The translations under genes were made by a program, and so were the position numbers. Below are positions 52,804-64,000 of a stretch of DNA of 64,000 bases, in pieces. The notes below the pieces were generated by a model. That model was not told the origin of the DNA. It did no database searches and saw only the letters and a program-made list of their open reading frames with translations. Source of the DNA: Antedon mediterranea. Lineage: Eukaryota > Animalia > Echinodermata. Positions within the stretch are counted from its first letter, which is position 1; every line of letters begins with the position of its first letter. The DNA is taken from contig NC_092676.1 of the NCBI RefSeq assembly GCF_964355755.1, positions 12,092,671-12,156,670 of the forward strand. The letters are read 5' to 3'.

Positions 52804-53309
52804 ATTTTGGTTTTAACAAGGTTTATGACGTAATGATGAATTACGTAATACACTTATAAATAGACTATTATAAACTGTTCTGTCATATACTACTTTATGG
52901 CATAACGGGTAATGCTCAGTTTTGAGTGCTCCCAGTAGTGGGTTCCAACCGTTAAGGATATTTTTATGTTTTTTGAAAATAAATATTGTTTTTGAAAGTG
53001 AGATATTTTGAGGGTTGTAAATGTCAGGCATAACCAAGTGGACCTTTTTTAAAATCAGAAACAAAGTTGCATAGCATTATTTTTCATTGATTGATCATCC
53101 ATTCATATAAATAGACTATTATCAGCTCTTCAGTCATCTACTGGTTTGTGGCGTAACGGGTAATGCTCAGGTTTGAGTGCTCTCAATAGTGGTTTCGAAC
53201 CTCTACAGATATTTTTTCTCTTTTTTTTTTAAATTGAAAATAAATATTGTTTTTGAAAGTGAGATATTGTTATGGTTGTAAATGTCAGGCCTAAACAAGT
53301 GGACCTTTT

Positions 53310-53641
53310 TACTCGGGGTACCCGAGTCTAGGACTTACTCATTTTCTCCTCTTCCATCTGGACACTATTGAGTAAAAAGTGCGATTTGTAAAGTACTACT
53401 ACTCCCTTATTCGTTGTAGTATGGAGCTGGGATTAGGCATGAATATACTACAGGGACATGTCCTCAAAGCTTTAGAGCCGGATTTTTAAATTTCAAACCG
53501 GATGCAGCCATATCACGTCTCGAAATGGACCGTATAGCCGTATTTGGTAGCGAGGTTGAAGTGTATGAGACGTCAAATCCCGTCTTATGACGTCAGTACA
53601 GCTTCTTTTGCTGTACCCCGAGTATTGCACATTCGTGCTTG
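53310..53641 (+). mobile_element. Solo ~330-bp HINE (non-autonomous Helentron), second family
   Basis: Inserted in the T-run of the satellite GGACCTTTTTTAAAATC. 5' subTIR TACTCGGGGTAC with hairpin ACTCGG-GGTAC-CCGAGT, 3' subTIR GTACCCCGAGTA (53613-53624), stem-loop GCAC-ATTC-GTGC, then TTGTTT. Confidence 0.85.
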
Positions 53642-54402
53642 TTTAAAATCAGAAACAAAGTTGCATAACATTATTTTTCATTGATTGATCTTTAATTTCA
53701 TACAAATAGACTATTATCAGCTCTTCAGTTATTTACTGGTTTGTGACGTAACGGGTAATGCTCAGGTTTGCGTGCTCTCAGCAGTGGGTTCGAACCTATA
53801 CGGGTATTTTTTTTCTTTTTTTTTTAATTGAAAATAAATATTGTTTTTGAAAGTGAGGGAATGTTATGGTTGTAAATGTCATGCCTAACCAAGTGGACCT
53901 TTTTTAAAATCAGAAACAAAGTTGCATAACATCATTTTACATTGATTGATCATTCATTTCATATAAATAGAGTATTATGATCTCTTCAGTCATCTACTGG
54001 TTTGTGGCGTAACCGGTAATGCTCAGGTTTGAGTTCTCTCAGTATTGGGATTGAACCTCTTGGGATATTTTTTTTTTTTTTTTTTTTATTGAAAATAAAT
54101 ATTGTTTTTGAAAGTGAGATATTTTGAGGGTTGTAAATGTCAGGCCTAAACAAATGGATCTTTTTTTAAATCAGAAACAAAGTTGCATCGGTAATGCTCA
54201 GGTTTGAGTGCTCTCAGTAGTGGGTTCGAACCTCTAGGAATATTTTTTTCTTTTTTTTTTAATTGAAAATAAATATTGTTTTTGATAGTGAGATATTTTT
54301 ATGGTTATAAATGTCATGCCTAACCAAGTGGACCTTTTTAGAAATCAGAAATAAAGTTACATAGCATTATTTTTCATTGATTGATCATCCATTCATATAA
54401 AT

Positions 54403-57400
54403 TGTTAGCACAATATTATAATTATGTGCATAAATGGCAATATTATAGCAATTAAAGAAATTTTGGTCATTTTTTGAAAAAATTCCTATTGTCCCCCGCA
54501 GGAAAATTTTCGAAAAATGGCCAAATGTCAAGCCTTTTATTTTTTTGATATAATTCCTTACTGTGGCTCTATTAGATGATGTTATAAAATATATATGTAT
54601 AAATGTCAATATTCTAGCATAATTATTAAATTTTTTAAAGTGGAAAATGTTGCCATATTTCGACCCTTTTATTTTTTTGACATAACTAGTTATGATGGCT
54701 CTATAAGATGATGTTAACACAATATATGTGCATAAATGGCAATATTATAACATAATTATTGAATTTGAAAAAGTGGAAAATGTTGCCATTTTTCGAAAAA
54801 AAATCATATCGTCCCCCGCAGGAATATTTTCGAAAAATGACAAAATTTCGACCCTTTTATTTTTTGACATAACTCGTTACTATGGCTTTATAAGATGATG
54901 TTAACACAATATATGTGCATAAATGGCAAAATTATAGCTTAATTATTGAATTTTAAACGGTGGACATTTTGGTTAATGTTAGCAAAATATATCTGTATAA
55001 ATGGCAACATTATAGCATAATTTTCGAATTTTGAAAAGTGGAATTTTTTTTTTGCCATTTTTCGAAAAAATTCCTATTGTGTCCCGCAGGAAAATTTTCA
55101 AAAATGGTCGAATTTTAACCCTTTTATTTTTTTTACATAACTAGTTACTATGGCTCTATAAGATGATGTTAGCACAATATATTTGCAAAAATGGCAATAT
55201 TATAGCATAATTTTTGAATTTTAAAAACTGGAAATTGTTTCCATTTTTCCATAAAATTCCGATGGTCCCCAGCAGGAAAATTTTCGAAAATGGCCGAATT
55301 TCGACACTTTTATTTGTTGATATAACTAGTAACTATGGCTCTATAAGATGATGTTAGCACAATATATGTGCATAAATAGCAATATTATAGCCTAATTATT
55401 GAAGTTTAAAGGTGGTCATTTTGTTTATTTTTCGAAAAAGGCCCCCGCAGGAAAATGTTCCAAAAATGTCAAAATTGGGACGCTTTTATTTTTTGATATA
55501 ACTAGTTACTATGCCTCTATAAGATGATGTTTGCACAATATATTTGCATAAATGGCAATATTATAGCATAATTTTGGAATTTTAGAAAGTGGAAATTTTG
55601 GCCATTTTTCGAAAAAATTTATATTGTGTCCCGCATGAACATTTTCGAAAAATGGCCAAATTTTGACCCTTTTATTTTTTGACACAGAACTAGTTACTAT
55701 GGCTCTATAAGGTGATGTTAGCACAATATATTTGCAAAAATGGCAATATTATAGCATAATTTTTGAATTTTAAAAAGTGGAAATTTTGCCATTTTTCAAT
55801 AAAATTCCGATGGTCCCCCGCATGAAAATTTTCGAAAATGGCCGAATTTCGACACTTTTGTTTTTTGACATAACTATGTTCCACTTTTTTTAATTAAATA
55901 ATTATGCTATAATATTGCCATTTATGCACATATATTGTGTTAACATCATCTTATAGAGCCATCGTAACTAGTTATGTAAAAAAATAAAATGGTCGGAATT
56001 TTGCCGTTTTTCGAAAATTTACCTGCGGGGGACGATAGGAATTTTTTGTAAAAATGGCTAAAATTTCCAATTTTTAGAATTCTATAATTAGGCAATAATA
56101 TTGCCATTTATGCACATATATTGTGTTAAGGTCATCTTATAGAGCCATACTAGTTATGTCAAAAAATAAAAGGGTTGAAATATTACCATTTCAACCCTTG
56201 AAATGCGGGGACCATAGGATTTTTTTTCGAAAAATTGTCAAAATTTCTATTGTTTAAAATTAAAAACGTATGCTATAATATTGCTATTTATGCAAATATA
56301 TTGTGCTAACATCATCTTAAAAAGCAATAGTAACTAGTTATGTCAAAAAATAAAATGTTTGAAATTTGACCATTTTTGCTAAAATTTCCCTGCGGGGGAC
56401 TATAGGAATTTTTTCGAAAAATGGCCAAAATTTCCACTTTTTAAAATTCAATAAGTATGCTATTATATTGGCATTTATGCAAATATATTGTGTTAGCATC
56501 ATCTTATAGAGCAATCGTAACTAGTTATGTCAAAAAATAAAAGGGTCGAAATTTAACAATTTATCGAAAATTTCGCTGCGGGGGATCGGACCATAAAATT
56601 TTTTTCGAAAAATGGCCAAAATTTCCACTTTTTAAAATTCATAAATTATGCTACAATATTGCCATTTATGCACATATATTGTGCTAACATCATCTTATAG
56701 AGCCATAGTAATTAGTTTTGTCAAAAAATAAAAGGGTCTAAATTTGGCCATCTTTCGAAAATTTCCCCGCGGGGGACCATAAGATTTTATTTCGAAAAAT
56801 GGCGAAAATTTACACTTTTTAAAATTCGAAAATTATGCTATAATATTGCCATTTATGCAAATATATTGTGCTAACATCATCTTATACAGTCCGAGTAATT
56901 AGTTATGTCAAAAAATGAAAGGGTCGAAATTTGGTCATTTTTTCGCAAAATGACCAAAATTTCCACCTTTTAAAATTCAATAATTAGACTATAATATTGC
57001 CATTTATGCACATATGTTGTGTAAACTTCAACTTATAGACCCATAGAAACTAGTTATGTCAAAAAATAACAGGTTTGAAATTTCGCCATTTTTGCCACAA
57101 TTTCCCTGCGGGGGACCATACGATTTTTTTCGAAAACGACCAAAATTTCCACCTTTTTAAATTCTATAATCAGGCTATAATATTGCCATTTATGCACATA
57201 TATTGTGTTAACATCATCTTATAGAGCCATAGTAACTAGTTATGTCAAGAAATAAAAGGGTCGAAATTTGGCAATTTTTCGAAAAATTTCCCAGCGGGGG
57301 ACCATAGGATATTTTTTTCGAAAAATTGTCAAAATTTCCATTGTTTAAAATTCAAAAATTATGCTATAATATTGCCATTTATGCAAATATATTGTGCTAA

Positions 57401-59298
57401 CATCATAAAAAACAAGGCCAACAACAATAAGTTGCATGCTCTCAGAAATAAATGAACTTTCAAAAAGTAATGTACTTTAAAACTTTTCTGTACATCAAAA
57501 GAGTTCAAAAGGTACAGAAAAGCGACAATACGCAAAGTGAAGTGATACCGGACCGACAGACAGACCGACAGACCGACCGACATAGTGACCTGTAGAGTCG
57601 CGTCCACGCGATTAATAAAAGGTTTGAAATTTGCCCATTTTTTCGAAAATTTCCCTGCGGGGGACCATAGGAATTTTTTCGAAAAATGGCAAAAATTTCC
57701 AATTTTCAAAATTCTATAATTAGGCTATAATATTGCCATTTATGCGCATATATTGTGTTAACATCATCTTATAGAGCCATAGTAACTAGTTATGTAAAAA
57801 AATAAAAGGGTCTAAATTTTGCCATTTTTCGAAAATTTCCCTGCGGGAGAATATAAGATTTTTTTTCCAAAAATGGCGAAAATTTCCATTGTTTCAAATT
57901 CAAAAATTATGCTATAATATTGCCATTTATGCAAATATATTGTGCTAACATCATCTTATAGACCCATAGTAACTAGTTATGTCAAAAAATAAAAGGATCA
58001 AAATTTGGCAATTTTTCGAAAATTTCCCTGCTTGGGACCATAGGAATTTTTTCGAAAAATGGCCAAAATTTCCACTTTTTAAAATACAATAATTATGCTA
58101 TAATATTGACAATTATGCAAATATATTGTAACATCATCTTATAGAGAAAATAATAGCAGCTAGTTATGTAAAAAAAAATATATTGTGCTAACATCATCTT
58201 ATAGAGCCATAGTAACTAGTTATGTCAAAAAATAAAAGGGTCTAAATTTGGCCATTTTTTCGAAAATTTCCCTGCGGGGGAATATAAGATTTTTTTTCGA
58301 AAAATGGCGAAAATTTACACTTTTTTAAATTCAATAATTAGACTATAATATTGCCATTTATGCACATATGTTGTGTTAACATCATCTTATAGAGATATAG
58401 TAACTAGTTATGTCAAAAATAAAAGGTTTGAAATTTCGCCATTTTTGCGAAAATTTCCCTGCGGGGGACCATAGGAATTTTTTCGAAAAATGGCCAAAAT
58501 GTCCACCTTTTAAAATTCAATAATTAGACTATAATATTGCCATTTATGCACATATGTTGTGTTAACATCATCTTAAAAAGCAATAGTAACTAGTTATGTC
58601 AAAAAATAAAAGGTTTGAAATTTGGACATTTTTGTGAAAATTTCCCTGCGGGGGACTATAGAAATTTTTTTGAAAAATGGCCAAAATATCCACTTCTTAA
58701 AATTCAGGAATTATGCTATAATATTGCAATTTATGCACATATATTGTGCTAACATCATCTTATAGAGCCATAGTAACTAGTTATGTCAAAAAAATAAAAG
58801 GGTCTAATTTGGGCCATTTTTCGAAAATTTCCCCGCGGGGAACCATAAGATTTTTTTTCGAAAAATTGCAAAAGTTTCCACCTTTTAAATTCAATAATTA
58901 GACTATAATATTGCCATTTATGCACATATGTTGTGTTAACATCATCTTATAGAGCCATGGAAACTAGTTATGTCAAAAATAAAAGGTTTGAAATTTCGCC
59001 GTTTTTGCGAAAATTTCCCTGCGGGGGGACCATAGGAATTTTTTTTCGAAAAATGACCAAAATGTCCACTTTTTAAAATTCAAAAATTATGCTATAATAT
59101 TGCCATTTATGCACATATATTGTGCTAACATCATCTTATAGAGCCATAGTAACTAGTTATGTCAAAAAATAAAAGGGTCTAAATTTGGCCATTTTTCGAA
59201 AATTTTTCTGCGGGGGACCATAAGATTTTTTTTTCTCGAAAAGTGGCGAAAATTTACATTTTTTTCAATTCGAAAATTATGCTATAATATTGCCATTT
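54403..59298. repeat. ~187-bp satellite with an internal inverted repeat; orientation flips at ~55876
   Basis: CATCATCTTA recurs at ~58380, 58566, 58753, 58940 and 59129. Core GGCCATTTTTCGAAAATTTCCCTGCGGGGGACCATAGGAATTTTTTCGAAAAATGGCC. Confidence 0.93.
57407..57614 (-). mobile_element. Short DINE-1/pearl-like HINE, third family
   Basis: The minus strand starts TTAATCGCGTGGACGCGACT (palindromic subTIR), then a (GTCG/GTCT)n microsatellite, a degenerate 3' subTIR GCATGCAACT, and the end GGCCTTGTTTTT. It interrupts a satellite monomer. Confidence 0.7.
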
Positions 59299-62200
59299 AA
59301 GCTATTCTAAGCACTTTGGTGTTTTTATGTTAAAAAGTTTTCAAATACGATATTAAGTTATTTTGTGCACTTTGATATTTGCGTGTGAAAAGTTTTATCG
59401 AAATGCTCAAAATGGTCTAAACGGTTTCAAAAATGATTTTAAGCACTTTGATGTTTTTGTGTAACCAAGTTTCATCGAAATGCCCAAAATGGTCTAAAAC
59501 GTCTCCAAATGCGATTTGAAGCATTTCTAAGCACTTTGGTGTTTTTATGTTAAAAAGTTTTTTCGAAATGCACTAAATGGTCTAAAACGTCTCCAAATGC
59601 CATTTGAAGCTATTCTGTGCACTTTGATGTTTTTGTGTGAAAAGTTTTATCGACATGCTCAAAATGGTTTAAAACGTTTTCAAACGATATTAAACTATTT
59701 TGTGCAATTTGATATTTTTGTGTGAAAAGTTTTATCGAAATGCACAAAATGGTCTAAAACATCTCTAAATGCGATTTGAAGTTATTTTGTACACTTTGAT
59801 GTTTTTGTGTGAAAAGTTTTATCGAAATGCTCAAAATGGTCTAAAACGGTTTCAAATATGATTCTAAGCACTTTGATGTTTTTGTGTAACCAAGTTTCAT
59901 CGAAATGCACATAATGGTCTAAAACGTCTCCAAATGCGATATTAAGCTAGTTTGTGCACTTTGATATTTGTGTGTGAAAAGTTTTATCGAAATGCTCAAA
60001 ATGGTCTAAAACGGTTTGAAATGTGATTTTAAGCACTTTGATGTTTTTGTGTAACCAAGTTTCATCGAAATGCACAAAATGGTCTAAAACGTCTTCAAAT
60101 GCGATTTGAAGCATTTCTAAGCACTTTGGTGTTTTTATGTTAAAAAGTTTATTTCGAAATGCATAAAATGGTCTAAAACGTCTCAAAATGCGATTTGAAG
60201 CTATTCTGTGCACTTTGATGTTTTTGTGTGAAAAGTTTTATCGACATGCTCAAAATGGTTTAAAACGATTTCAAACACGGTATTAAGTTATTTTGTGCAA
60301 TTTGATGTTTTTCTGTGAAAAGTTTTATCGAAATGCACAAATGGTCTAAAACCTCTCTAAATGCGATTTGAAGCTATTTTGTACACTTTGATGTTTTTGT
60401 GTGAAAAGTTTTATCGAAATGCTCAAAATGGTCTAAACGGTTTCAAAAATGATTTTAAGCACTTTGATGTTTTTGTGTAACCAAGTTTCATCGAAATGCC
60501 CAAAATGGTCTAAAACGTCTCCAAATGCGATTTGAAGCATTTCTAAGCACTTTGGTGTTTTTATGTTAAAAAGTTTTTTCGAAATGCACTAAATGGTCTA
60601 AAACGTCTCCAAATGCCATTTGAAGCTATTCTGTGCACTTTGATGTTTTTGTGTGAAAAGTTTTATCGACATGCTCAAAATGGTTTAAAACGTTTTCAAA
60701 CGATATTAAACTATTTTGTGCAATTTGATATTTTTGTGTGAAAAGTTTTATCGAAATGCACAAAATGGTCTAAAACATCTCTAAATGCGATTTGAAGTTA
60801 TTTTGTACACTTTGATGTTTTTGTGTGAAAAGTTTTATCGAAATGCTCAAAATGGTCTAAAACGGTTTCAAATATGATTCTAAGCACTTTGATGTTTTTG
60901 TGTAACCAAGTTTCATCGAAATGCACATAATGGTCTAAAACGTCTCCAAATGCGATATTAAGCTAGTTTGTGCACTTTGATATTTGTGTGTGAAAAGTTT
61001 TATCGAAATGCTCAAAATGGTCTAAAACGGTTTCAAATGTGATTTTAAGCACTTTGATTCGTAACCAAGTTTCATCGAAATGCACAAAATGGTCTAAAAC
61101 GTCTCCAAATGCGATTTGAAGCATTTCTAAGCACTTTGGTGTTTTTATGTTAAAAAGTTTTTTCGAAATGCACAAAATGGTCTAAAACGTCTCCAAATGC
61201 GATTTGAGGCTATTCTGTGCACTTTGATGTTTTTGTGTGAAAAGTTTTATCGACATGCTCAAAATGGTTTAAAACGATTTCAAACACGGTATTAAGCTAT
61301 TTTGTGCAATTTGATGTTTTTGTGTGAAAAGTTTTATCGAAATGCACAAAATGGTCTAAAACCTCTCTAAATACGATTTGAAGCTATTTTGTACACTTTG
61401 ATGTTTTTGTGTGAAAAGTTTTTGCGAAATGCTCAAAATGCTCTAAAACGGTTTTAAATGTGATTTTAAGCACTTTGATGTTTTTGTGTAACCAAGTTTC
61501 ATCGAAATGCACAAAATGGTCTAAAACGTCTTCAAATGCGATTTGAAGCATTTCTAAGCACTTTGGTGTTTTTATGTTAAAAAGTTTATTTCGAAATGCA
61601 TAAAATGGTCTAAAACGTCTCAAAATGCGATTTGAAGCTATTCTGTGCACTTTGATGTTTTTGTGTGAAAAGTTTTATCGACATGCTCAAAATGGTTTAA
61701 AACGATTTCAAACACGGTATTAAGTTATTTTGTGCAATTTGATGTTTTTCTGTGAAAAGTTTTATCGAAATGCACAAATGGTCTAAAACCTCTCTAAATG
61801 CAATTTGAAGCTATTTTGTACACTTTGATGTTTTTGTGTGAAAAGTTTTATCGAAATGCTCAAAATGCTCTAAAGCGGTTTTAAATGTGATATTAAGCAC
61901 TTTGATGTTTTTGTGTAACCAAGTTTCATCGAAATGCACAAAATGGTCTAAAACGTCTCCAAATGCGATTTCGAGATATTCTAAACACTTTGGTCTTTTT
62001 ATGTTAACAAATTTTTTCGAAATGCACAAAATGGTCTAAAACGTCTCTAAATGCGATTTGAAGCTATTTTGTACACTTTGATGTTTTTGTTTGAAAAGTT
62101 TTATCGAAATGCTCAAAATGGTCTAAAACGGTTTCAAATGTGATTTTAAGCACTTTGATTCGTAACCAAGTTTCATCGAAATGCACAAAATGGTCTAAAA

Positions 62201-64000
62201 CGTCTCCAAATGCGATTTGAAGCATTTCTAAGCACTTTGGTGTTTTTATGTTAAAAAGTTTTTTCGAAATGCACAAAATGGTCTAAAACGTCTCCAAATG
62301 CGATTTGAGGCTATTCTGTGCACTTTGATGTTTTTGTGTGAAAAGTTTTATCGACATGCTCAAAATGGTTTAAAACGATTTCAAACACGGTATTAAGCTA
62401 TTTTGTGCAATTTGATGTTTTTGTGTGAAAAGTTTTATCGAAATGCACAAAATGGTCTAAAACCTCTCTAAATACGATTTGAAGCTATTTTGTACACTTT
62501 GATGTTTTTGTGTGAAAAGTTTTTGCGAAATGCTCAAAATGCTCTAAAACGGTTTTAAATGTGATTTTAAGCACTTTGATGTTTTTGTGTAACCAAGTTT
62601 CATCGAAATGCACAAAATGGTCTAAAACGTCTCGAAATGCAATTTGGAGATATTCTAAACACTTTGGTCTTTTTATGTTAACAAATGTTTTCGAAATGCA
62701 CAAAATGGTCTAAAACGTCTCTAAATGCGATTTTAAGCTATTTTGTACACTTTGATGTTTTTGTGTGAAAAGTTTTATCGAAATGCTCAAAATGGTCTAA
62801 AAAGCTTTCAAATACGATATTAATCTATTTTGTGCACTTTGATATTTGTGTGTGAAAAGTTTTATCGAAATGCTCAAAATGGTCTAAACGGTTTCAAATA
62901 TGATTTTAAGCACTTTGATGTTTTTGTGTAACCAAGTTTCATCGAAATGCCCAAAATGGTCTAAAACGTCTCCAAATGCGATTTGAAGCATTTCTAAGCA
63001 ATTTGGTGTTTTTATGTTAAAAAGTTTTTTCGAAATGCACTAAATGGTCTAAAACGTCTCCAAATGCCATTTGAAGCTATTCTGTGCACTTTGATGTTTT
63101 TGTGTGAAAAGTGTTATCGACATGCTCAAAATGGTTTAAAACGTTTTCAAACGATATTAAACTATTTTGTGCAATTTGATATTTTTGTGTGAAAAGTTTT
63201 ATCGAAATGCACAAAATGGTCTAGAACATCTCTAAATGCGATTTGAAGTTATTTTGTACACTTTGATGTTTTTGTGTGAAAAGTTTTATCGAAATGCTCA
63301 AAATGGTCTAAAACGGTTTCAAATGTGATTTTAAGCACTTTGATGTTTTTGTGTAACCAAGTTTCATCGAAATGCACATAATGGTCTAAAACGTCTCCAA
63401 ATGCGATATTAAGCTAGTTTGTGCACTTTGATATTTGTGTGTGAAAAGTTTTATCGAAATGCTCAAAATGGTCTAAAACGGTTTCAAATGTGATTTTAAG
63501 CACTTTGATGTTTTTGTGTAACCAAGTTTCATCGAAATGCACAAAATGGTCTAAAACGTCTTCAAATGCGATTTGAAGCATTTCTAATCAATTTGGTGTT
63601 TTTATGTTAAAAAGTTTTTTCGAAAATCACAAAATGGTCTCAAACGTCTCCCAATGCGATTTGAAGCTATTCTATGCACTTCTATGTTTTTATGTTAACA
63701 AGTTTTTTTCGAAATGCACAAAATGGACTAAAACGTCTCCAAATGCGATTTGAAGCTATTCTGTTCATTTTTATGTTTTTGTGTGAAAAGTGTTATCGAC
63801 ATGCTCAAAATGGTCTAAAACGTTTTCAAACACGATATTAAGCTATTTTGTACAATTTGATGTTTTTGTGTGAAAAGTTTTATCAAATTGCACAAAATGG
63901 TCTAAAACATCTCTAAATGCGATTTGAAGCTATTTTGTGCACTTTGATTCTTTTGTGTGAAAAGTTTTATCGAAATGCACAAAAGTGTCTAAAACGTCTC
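59299..64000. repeat. ~87-bp satellite (variants of ~73-88 bp) with higher-order organisation; runs off the window
   Basis: Monomer AAGCTATTTTGTGCACTTTGATGTTTTTGTGTGAAAAGTTTTATCGAAATGCTCAAAATGGTCTAAAACGTCTCCAAATGCGATTTG; variants recur at ~421-427 and ~1016 bp spacing. Confidence 0.95.

Larger units (their letters stand above)
51910..52937. repeat. Block Y, copy 2 (LINE-free paralogue)
   Basis: Colinear with 37150-38001 plus 43367-43555, with scattered substitutions and small indels. Confidence 0.92.
51303..54400. repeat. ~260-bp satellite, array 3 (reversed orientation), interrupted by block Y copy 2 and a HINE
   Basis: Same monomer, reverse-complemented. Confidence 0.9.

Noticed and set aside
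25051-53064. Recurrent ~63-aa ORFs MFLILKKVHLFRPDIYNPQN...
   Set aside because: Chance open frames in satellite monomers, mostly with TTG starts, broken in most copies by A-tract indels.
59947-62703. Periodic ORFs (VLDHFEHFDKTFHTK...) suggesting a repeat protein
   Set aside because: An 87-bp period is a multiple of 3, so repeats of the peptide are expected. Frequent stops and shorter variants break the frame.

Overview
AT-rich eukaryotic DNA (probably an invertebrate animal; inference) made almost entirely of transposable elements and satellites, with no recognisable host gene. From left to right: (1) the 3' part of a Helentron Rep/Hel gene, a PIF1 helicase fused to an APE endonuclease (<2-1429). 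(2) A ~19 kb head-to-tail array of ~1.15-1.3 kb non-autonomous Helentron-like (HINE) units whose 5' termini are missing at some junctions and stacked 2-3 deep at others. (3) About 70 monomers of a ~260-bp satellite carrying a tRNA-like A-box/B-box cassette; the array flips orientation several times and lies within a tandem macro-duplication (about 23220-43554 and 43555-52937). (4) A full-length Tx1/L1-type LINE (38002-43354) with a 12-13 bp TSD, inserted into the T-arm of a tRNA-Ile-like sequence whose empty paralogue is also in the window. (5) A decayed CAC-terminated element with RAG1-N-terminus/Chapaev-like zinc fingers. (6) Two small solo HINEs and a LINE 3' fragment. (7) A ~187-bp hairpin satellite and an ~87-bp satellite with higher-order structure. 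All calls were made by eye; no database searches were run.
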